Origin: Histomonas meleagridis 2922-C6/04-290x
Taxonomy: Eukaryota > Protista > Parabasalia
Direction: 5' to 3'
NCBI GenBank assembly: GCA_020184695.1
Contig: JAANOX010000074.1
Location: 1 to 64,000 of the forward strand
Length of the DNA stretch: 64,000 nucleotides
Positions 52,316 to 62,400 of this stretch are shown one piece after another (the first letter of the stretch is position 1; every line of letters starts with the position of its first letter). A model generated the notes under the pieces. The model saw only the letters and a program-made list of their open reading frames with translations. It ran no database searches and was not told the DNA's origin. A program made the position numbers and the translations under genes.

Positions 52316-55300
52316 TTATTTAGCATAGAAAAATCGTGGCTTGTTATTAGCGCGTGGTTTCCACCTATATGAGGAAAACTCTTTTCGTAATTGTTGTTCA
52401 TCATATTCAATACCCTCTATCTCCTTAAGAAATTGAACAGCATTTTTCCTATTATTTCCTGCTGCAAGTAAAATTGCTGTTTTGAATAATTATAACATGT
52501 TCCGAAAATAATTAAAAAACGTTAAAATACAATAACAAAAATTAAAATAAATTTGTAAATATTTTTAGCATTTTTGTCAATTCCTTCTTGTTCAAGAAGT
52601 AATTGTACAATTTCCAAGTATCCTTTTTTAGATGCAATCATAAGTGCTGTTTCACATAAAAGAAATTATTTCCTAATAATAACATGAAATTTTATAATAT
52701 TAAAACGAATATTAAATTTATTAAATAAATATCAGTAGCATTGATATCTATTCCTTCTTGTTCAAGAAGTATTTTAACTGTATTCTTCTTGAAATATTTA
52801 GATGCAAACATAAGTGCTGTTTTACATAAAAGAAATTATTTCCAAATATTATTATGTAATTTTATAATTTTTGTTGAAAAATTATATTTGTTGAATAAAT
52901 ATTTTTGGCATTAACATCAATTCTTTTTTGATCGAGAAGAAATTCAAGTATATCTGTATTCCAGATACTAGATGCATACATAAGTGCTGTATCAAATAAC
53001 TTATATAGTTTCCAATGATTATTTTGAAATATTAAACAATTGATATAAATATAAATTGATTTGATTAAATATTTTTGTATGTTATATCAATTCCTTTTAG
53101 TCCAAGAATTAAACTAAAAGTATCAAAGTTACCACTTGAAGCTGCTAGAAATGCTGTTTCGAATATATTTAATAAATTCCAAAAATTATTTTGGAAAATT
53201 AAAATAATAAAATAAAAATTAAACATATTAAACAATTATTTTTTGCATAAATATCAATGTTTTTTTGTTCAAGAAGTAATTTAACTAATTCTGGCTTACA
53301 ATATCTTGAAGCATACATAAATGCTGTATTATAAAATGAAGATGATTTCCAATTATTATTATTGAGTATCAAATAATAGAAAAAAACATTTAATATTTTA
53401 AATAAACATCAGTTGAATTAATGTCAATTTCTTCCCTTTCAAGAAGTAATTCAACAATTTTTATTTTATTGAATCTACAAGCTTTCATAAGTGCTGTCAT
53501 AAGTATTATGGATAATTTCCATAAAATATTTTGAAATTTCAAATAATTAATTAAGAATTTAAATAAAAGGAATAAATATTGGTGGAAGTTATGTCGATTT
53601 CTTTTTGATCAAGAAGAATTTTAACGATTCCTGTGCAACCTTTTATAGATAGAGCTTTCATTAATATTGTATCAAATATTTTAAACAACTTCCAAATATT
53701 ATTTTGAAATATTAAATTATTAAAATAAATTTTAATCAAAACGAAAAAATATCTTTTGTATTCAAATCAATTCCTTTTTGTTTAGTAAGTACTTTAACTA
53801 CTTCTTTACGTTTTTCTTTGACAGCATTCATAAGTGCTGTATCAAATAATTCCAAAAATTTCCAAATATTATTTTGAAATATTAAAAAATTAAAATATAT
53901 ATGAATTAAAACAAATAAATATCTTTAGCATTGATATTAATTCCTTCTTGCTCAAGAAGTAATTTTACCATATCAACGTGACCATAACTTGATGCAACAA
54001 TAAGTGCTGTATCAAATAATTTGAAAAATTGTCAAATTTTATATTGGAAAATTAAATCATTAAAGAATATTTCATTTAATGTTTATAAATATCTTTTAAA
54101 TTTACATCAAAATTCATTTTATCAATAAGAAATTTAGCTACATAAATTTGACCTGCTTGAGCAGCTCTTATAAGCGCTTTATAATAATATTTATATAAAT
54201 TTTAAATTTTATTATAAAACTCCAAATTATTAAAATAAAATAAACGAAAAACTTCATAATGAATTCAAAATTTCCACCCATATTATCTTGATAATCGATA
54301 AGTAATTTTACAAGTTCAACGTTTCCATTTTGTATTGCACAATCAAGTTCATTATCAAAAGTTAACTAGAAATCATTTCAATGCAAAAAAAGGAATCCCA
54401 TTTCCTATTCGGATTCCTTTAATTCCAAGGAGCATTTTAACAATTTCAATATTCCCATTTTCACATGCACTATTTAACTCTGTACTAAACACTAAAAATT
54501 AATTCCGAAAATATAAATGAAACCGGATTTGTTTTGAAAAAAAATCAAAAATAAAAAACAAACTTCAAAAAAATTAAATTTAACAATAAAAAATTAAAAA
54601 TAACATCTACAGCATAAATATAAATATTTTTTTGTTGAAGAAGTAATTTAACAATTTCAGAATGATTATAATAACATGCTGTTTGAAGTGCTGTCAAAAA
54701 AAATCAACAAAAATTCCAAATATTATTTTAAGACAATAATAACCTTCATTAGTTTTAAATAATAGTTATAAACTGAGGGCAAATTTACATCAATATTATC
54801 TTGTTCAAGAAGATATTTAACAATTCCAGTACAACCATTTTTAGATGCATAAGTTAATGGCGTATATTTCAATTGTTGTGATGGTAAATATAAATAAAAT
54901 TAATATCAAAATTATTGTTAATAGAGTTAATACCTTTTTCTTCTATAAGATATTTAACAAGTTCAACATTTCCTGAACCTGATGCAAGCACCAAAATATT
55001 TTTTGGAACATTATTTTCATTAAGATAACTTTTGATCAAATATAAATTACCATAAATAGCTGCTTCAGTAATTATATCAGTACTAATTTCAATTTTATCA
55101 AGTAAAGATGAAAACATTTGATAATTATTATATTTAATACATTTCTTTCCTAATTCATTCATTTGTGATTTTTCATCTAATTTTTCTAATTTATTTTCGT
55201 AAATATATTTAAAAATTTCATTTCTATGAAATTCAATTGCTATTTCATATGCATTATCAAATGATGAATGATTTTGTTCACATAAATGAATGATTTCAAG

Positions 55301-56125
55301 ATTTCCACCTGCAACTGCATATTTACCTGTATTACTTACTTTTGCTCCATTCATAAGTAAATATTTAAAACATTTAACAGATCCAAAAAATGCTGCATAA
55401 TCAATTAATGTAACACTATATTTATTAATAATTGAAAATCTTTCATAAAGTGATGATTCAATTATTTGATTAAAATCAAAATTTGTTTGTGATGACATTT
55501 CTTGAAGTTTTTCGATTTCATCATTTCGAATTATTTTTAATATTTCAAGATTTCCTCCTTCTTTGATATATTTTTTATGTAATTTCCAATTATCTTTACT
55601 TAATTCATCAATATGATAATAAAAATTATGAAAAAAATCACTTTCTCTTGGATTTTGAAAAGATTCTGCAATAATTGGTTCTTTGAATTTGATTCCATAA
55701 ATTTCTTCATCTGTAAATCGATGTGCAAAATACAGTTTTTCATCGAAAAGGATATTATTAGTAATTTTTATGTCAGTTAGATTATGTTCCATTAACTTTT
55801 CCATAATATAAAATGATTCTTTAGTTTCAAATGTTTTAATATGATTTATAAATATTTCGATTAAACCAGTGATATTTGAATTAATTTCTTTTTGTTTTAT
55901 ATCAAGTGATTCGATGAATTTAATATATATTTCAAAATCTTTCCTACTTGAAATAAATGAATGATAAATCATTTGACAAGTAATCAAATTAAATGTGATC
56001 GGAAATTTTAAATCAAATAAAGTCATTATTGATCCAACAGATACTTCAATATTATCTTCAGCCAAGCCTGAAATAATTTGATCCATATTGCATAATATTT
56101 TTAAGGATTCTGTTGATTTGGCCAT
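52316..56125 (-). CDS. Locus C: DUF3447-like + ankyrin gene continued as 15 spacer-interrupted ankyrin blocks
   Basis: 430-aa ORF paralogous to locus B ends inside spacer 1. Fifteen stop-free blocks follow; the last runs to ...KPRFFYAK* at 52316. The full-length product is inferred. Confidence 0.75.
52481..54910 (-). repeat. Ankyrin block + spacer tandem array (locus C)
   Basis: Spacer lengths 5'->3': 47,79,121,43, then eleven consecutive 80-nt spacers (54181-54260 through 52481-52560). Confidence 0.92.
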
Positions 56126-56416
56126 TATAAAAAATGAATATATAAAGCATTGAAAATTCAAATATCAAACGTTTTATTCAAAATTGTGTTAAGTCAGGAG
56201 GTTTTTTACGTTCAAACTGTGAAATATTTCCTCATTAAAAATACATATATGTATGGTAAATTTACCATTTAAGGTTTAGAGTGATTTGTTTTTTGTTTGA
56301 TTGATATATTTCTTAAAATTTGATAAACATTTGAAATCAACTCAAACAAATTTAATGATTTTGGTTATCACAACCACAATTAAAATACAAAAATTACAAT
56401 TTATTAATTTTCGAAG

Positions 56417-59400
56417 TTATTCAGTCATTGCAATGCTACCAGCTAAAGCTCTTAAGAATGACTCCAGCCCTAAACAAACATATTCAAACAATGACGCTGG
56501 GATTATGTGTGCGTCAGATATTCCAAATAGATTGAGTAACCAAGATATATCAGGAGAGAAAGATGCACCAATTCCTACTTTGAATCCAGGGTTGAACTGG
56601 TATTGCACTGGGATGAATGTGTAAGCAACCTTTGGCTTTTCATCTTCTTCTATTTTTTGATTTCCTGTTTCACCATTTCCTATTTTAACTTGACCAACAG
56701 CAAATTTAATTGCTGTTACAAGCTGTTCATAATCCGACAAGTTTAGGCTTGGGTCAATTAATCCATCGAACGTTGTTATAAAATTATATTGAATTTGAGT
56801 ATCTTCATGAGATTTTTGGGTAGTATCAAGTTCACCTTTAATTAGAGGCAACTTTAGAATACTTCTTAATTGTTGAGCACCAGCTTTATCGACCACCATT
56901 TTTGCCAAGTTAATTGGCTTTAAAGATAATTGAAGTTTTCTAAACATTTGTCCTTCAGGTGTTTGAGCCAATCCAAGGTTAAGGAATATACCTAAAGCAG
57001 ATAATCTAAAAGCGTTATTTTCTTTTAAGTCGTATTTATACAACTCGAAGTTAACGTTACTCAAAATCACCGATAGCTTTGAATTCATCGGTTGTTGTTG
57101 TTTTTTCTTTTCAATTTTGATGATTAACGGCTCCTCCTCAGAATTCCTACGGTTACCCCTTTCAATGCTTGTCAAAATTGGGTCAGAAATTGTTTTGTAG
57201 AATGAAATCATTGTCGGAATTGTTACTCCAGTTAACTTAATAGAAGGGCTTTCAAGTGATAAAAGTAAAACTCCTTGAGATTCTGAGTTAATACTTATAG
57301 TTCTGTAAAACAAATGAGTTCTTTTCATAGAGAACAATAAATTTGGTGCATTATTCGAACTCATTTGTAATGAAACAGATTGGAAATTCAAGTAATTTAT
57401 CATATTTAATGGTTGTACAGTTCGAACAAATATTAAATTAGCAAGATCGAAATCAAACATTAATTGACCCATTGAAGCTATAGTTGTAGACTTAATGGAA
57501 ACAATGAATTGGTTTAATGATTTCTCGACTTGTATAGGAGTAACATCAAGTTTAAGAAATCCGACGCCAGCTGCGTAATTAAACAACAAATTAAATTGAC
57601 CAATTTTCAAATCGATTTTAATTTTATTATTTTCATTATTTTCATTATTTTGATTTAAATTAATTTTATTTTTGATGATTTCATTGTTGTTATTATTTGT
57701 TGTGGATTTAAATAAATAAAGTAATGGTTGGACCCATATATCATTAAATAATGAAATCTCTTCAACTTTATCACTTGAAAATGACGTACTAATTCGATCA
57801 ATGTTAACAACGATTAAAGAAGGTGATAAAAATGCATTTGTGATTGGGATATTAAATTCAAACAATTTGGAATTTCGTGAATTTTCTGTTTGTAATGCAA
57901 ATTGATTTTGCGTTTGTAAGAAGATATTATTAATTTGGATATTAAATGAAGATTGAACAGATGACATTAAACCATTTAAACTCTTTAGTCCTAAAACTAA
58001 TGATATATCTTTACGACGAGGTTGACAACCAAAATGTATTTCTATATCTTTAGTTGTCACAATAAGATCAAATGTTAAATTAATTTGTTTTGCATTATTA
58101 TTATTATTAGTTACATTATTATTGTTATTAAGATTAGATGGAATTAAATTGGTTAAATTGTCCATGTTTTTAAGGAAATTATTTAACCAATTTAATAATG
58201 ATGGTGAAAAACTTGCTTTAATTAATTCAGGTATAATTAATATTAATGATAAATGTTTCTTAGCTAATAATAATTCAACACTAAACAAAGGAATTTTTAA
58301 GTTATTCGAAATTGGTAATAATATAATATCAATGTTTTTACATTTAAATGTTCCACTTATTTCTATTCCAACGTTTTCATAATTAATTTGATTTGTTTCA
58401 TTAGTAAATCTTTTGATTTGATTTTCTTGTTTTCTTTCTGGTATTAACGATTTAATATTATTTAATAAAGATAATATATGTGAAAATGCTATAGGTAAAG
58501 TTGAAAACAAATTTACTTCAATTCCATCAACAATTGTATTAATATTAACTTGATTTAAATATGAAATACCTGAAATACAAATATAATTACATTTAACTTT
58601 TGAGACATCATTAATATTTTTCTTTTTGTTTTGATATTTAATACTTTTACTTTCTTTTCGATCAAATATTAATAAGAAATCTTTTAATTTAAATGTAAAA
58701 CCAGCAGAAATTTCTTTTTCTTTTTCTGTTTTCTTAGTTTGAATATAAAATAATATTTGTGGAATTTCGGAATAAAATTCGCCATTTGGTAATTCGATAT
58801 TTAATTGTAAATTTAATATCTCGAAAAAGAATTGATTTGATATTACATTTGTTTTTTGATTTTCTTCTTTTTTAGCTGTTTGCATGTTTTTAATTATTTC
58901 ATCTGCTTTATTTTCTACAGTCGTTTGTACTATTTCTATTACTTCTTGTACTTTACTATATACATATTCTTGTTCATTAAATCTCGTTCGCATTACATCT
59001 ACAAATTGTAAGAAATTAGGAATCGAATTAATTAATGATTTTGTTATTAAGATTTTAATTGGATCTAATTTAAACACTAATGTATTTTTCATGGATATTA
59101 TAGAAACTGATGTTTGAATTTTTGATTCATATGAACTTAATATAATTTTATTAAAGTTAATACTAAAATCAATTCCATCATTTTGATTAGACATTTGCCA
59201 ATTGATTTGCGTCATGTTTAAACCAGAATTAATTTCTGAGATATTAAAACTAAACTCTGGAATTTGGAATAATAATTCGAATTCGAATTTCTTCTTTTTA
59301 GAATTTTTATTTTGAATAACAATTTCATTCTCTTCATTAATTTGTTCTTCTTCATTAATTATATCATCTTTTGTATCTTTTTGTAACTCTTCAATATAAG

Positions 59401-62400
59401 AAAAGATATTATTTAATACAATCGCTATAGCAGATAATCGATTACTACCTGCTTCTGCTATAATTGGACTTGACATAGTACAAAAATAAATTTTGTTCTT
59501 TGTAATTCGGCCATAACCTAAAATATCAACTAATTCGAAGTTTAATTCTTTACCAAATGATAAATTACTTTTCGATATTTTCGTCATGAAATTTAATATT
59601 TTATCATTAGAATTTGTTACAATATTACAATAAGGTAATATAAAATTAGCAGTAATAATACTTGTAATAGGTACAACTATTTGTATCTCATTAATACGTA
59701 TAGTTGTGGATAAATCATGTGTAATCTTTTCGAAATCTGTTGACTTTTCTTCTTGTTTAGTTGTATTCTTTGTTTGTTCATCTAAATATTTGGTTATATT
59801 TTCAACAAATGTTAAATCAATATATTTCTCGGGATGAAATATAAATGCTAATGTACAATATATATAAATCGGTCGAATATTTAATATACTTTCTTTAGAA
59901 TCAATTAATTGACATAAATCAGAACCTTTTAATACAATATTTACTACTTTTCCGATAGTTACTTGAAAATCTGAAAATGAACAAGTTAAACCAAACTTAT
60001 GAAATGATTTTGGATTTGAAGAAGTTTTAAATAAGAATGAAAATGTTTGTAACTTTGCTAATATTTGATTAAAATCGATAGCAATATTATTAATAACAAA
60101 ATGAATTAATATTTCATTTTTGCTATCATTATTATTATTATTTTCATTTTCTATATTAGTATTATTCATTAAAATGTTTTCATTAAATAAGTCTTCTGCT
60201 TTATTTTCATTTAATAAATTAAAATCAGGTAATGATTTTAATAAAAATGGTATAAAATGTGATGAAATATGTAATAAAATTCGATCAATTCCACCAGTTA
60301 TAGAAGTTAATTCATTTTTAGTTTCTATCATTAAAGGATATGAAAATATTTGTAATTCTGTTTTTTCATTTTGATCATGAGTAATATGTAAAGCTAAAGG
60401 TGGTAACATTATAATAAATTTATTATAACTTTCATAACCTTTAAACGAATTTTTATTATATTTTGTTAATTTCCAATTACGTGAAAAATCATGTAAATCT
60501 TCCATAATTGAATTCTTAATATATAAAGCAGTTAAATAAGCATTTGTAGCTTTAGTTATACTACAAGGACCAAAATCATACATTACATCTTGAATATGTT
60601 TCTTTAAATTTTCGAAATCTTTTGAATTCTTTAATAAGTTTTCTAATAAACCTGATGGAGGACCAGAAGGTAAAGTGATATCATTCATTAAATTTAATAT
60701 TTTAGTTAAAACAACATTTAAAAATTTATATGAATCATGATTCATACTTATAGCTATAGGATTAACCTTTAATATAGTTTCAGAATTTTGATTCGAAAAC
60801 AAAATATTTGGTATAGATATAGCTAATAAAGCATTATTTTCTTCATTAACTTTACCTGCTATTAAAATTTTATGTATATTTAAATTTAATGAAATATTTT
60901 GATCAATTATTGAATGATCTCTAAATAATTTAATTTTTTCGATTGTTACAACAAATTCAAATTTCGGATCGATAATACGAATAGTAATTTTAGGTATAAT
61001 TACTGAAATTTGATTTTGAATATAATGATATAATTCATATTCATCACTAACCATCGAACGTACTAAACTAACTAAAACATGGGAATTAGGAGGTAAATCA
61101 TTCATTGTTAATAAAACAGTAAATATTGGTATAGCTAAAGGATTTAATTGTACTTTAATTTCATTTGGTAATATTAATCTGATTCCTACTTCATTAGCAT
61201 AAAAATCGACTCCATCAATATTAAATATTTGATGAGGCTTTGAACAAAATGGTTTATTAAAGAATAATTTATTACTTTTTGATACTTTCCTTGTAATAGT
61301 AGGAGATAAATGATTATAAGCTCGATAATATTCGAAATGATGAAGCCAATTAATACCATCTTCCATATTAATGAAACTTTTCTTACTTGGATAATCAATA
61401 CAAAATACAGGTAATGTATAATCACCATTTTCTTTAGGATTAGAAAACATTGCTTGATAAAGGTTATATTGTTCACCTAAATAAGAATAATAAGTTTCTT
61501 TACGTAACATTTCAGGTAATTGGAAAAATTCTTTACCAAGTTGTGACTTATTTTTAAATATAAAAGGGAATAAATATTTTTTAAATCCATGTTTTTGTAA
61601 ATATAAATATTGTTCATTAATATCATTAATATTATTACCACAATGTGTATCTCTAATTATTGATAAATAAGTAGAAGCTCTAAATATAGATCGAATATTA
61701 TTAGTTTCAGGATCAATTCTTAATATATGTGCATCAATAGAAGGTAATGAAACAAAAATAGAAAAATGTGTATTAAAATCTATATAAGAATCACCATAAA
61801 CTATTACACCACCAGGTAAAACAGCCGCAACTAAACCTAATGATCCCATATCTAATAATAAATTAATTCCACCTACTGTAACTCTATAAATAGATATATT
61901 ATATATATTATCAGGATCAAATTTAGGTAATGGATAAGAATCATCACTAAAGAAATCATGAATTATATTAAATGCTAAATCTAATGATGAAAATAATTGT
62001 GGTAATAATACATGTCCATCAATTTGTCCTATTTCAACACTAATTTTAGTATAGATATCAGAATATTTACCTTCTAATAAATCACTTATAGTTTTCATTG
62101 ATATTGATATCGATTCAACATGTAAAAGTCCTTCTTGCGGTCCTTCTGGGTCATGATATCGTTCATTATAAAATTTATCATAAGGATAATCTGTCCTTGG
62201 AACTCGAACAGTAGCACAACCAATATCAAAGAAGAAATGCCAAAATGGATAATAACTTTCCATAGATACTAACATATTCATAAAGTTAAGTGTAACATAA
62301 TCTTCTGTTTCATATAAATCTATAGGTACTTTCACAGTACCATTATCTACTAATACTATTATTGATGAAGCATTAATATATTCTAATGTTGCTGGTGGAA

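Noticed and set aside
53551-53739. Small ORFs at 53551-53739 and 32268-32462 as independent genes
   Set aside because: They are single ankyrin blocks plus read-through spacer sequence from the arrays.
52481-54910. Stop-codon reassignment or readthrough as the explanation
   Set aside because: 80 nt shifts the frame regardless of stops, and all ordinary genes in the window end at TAA or TGA under the standard code.
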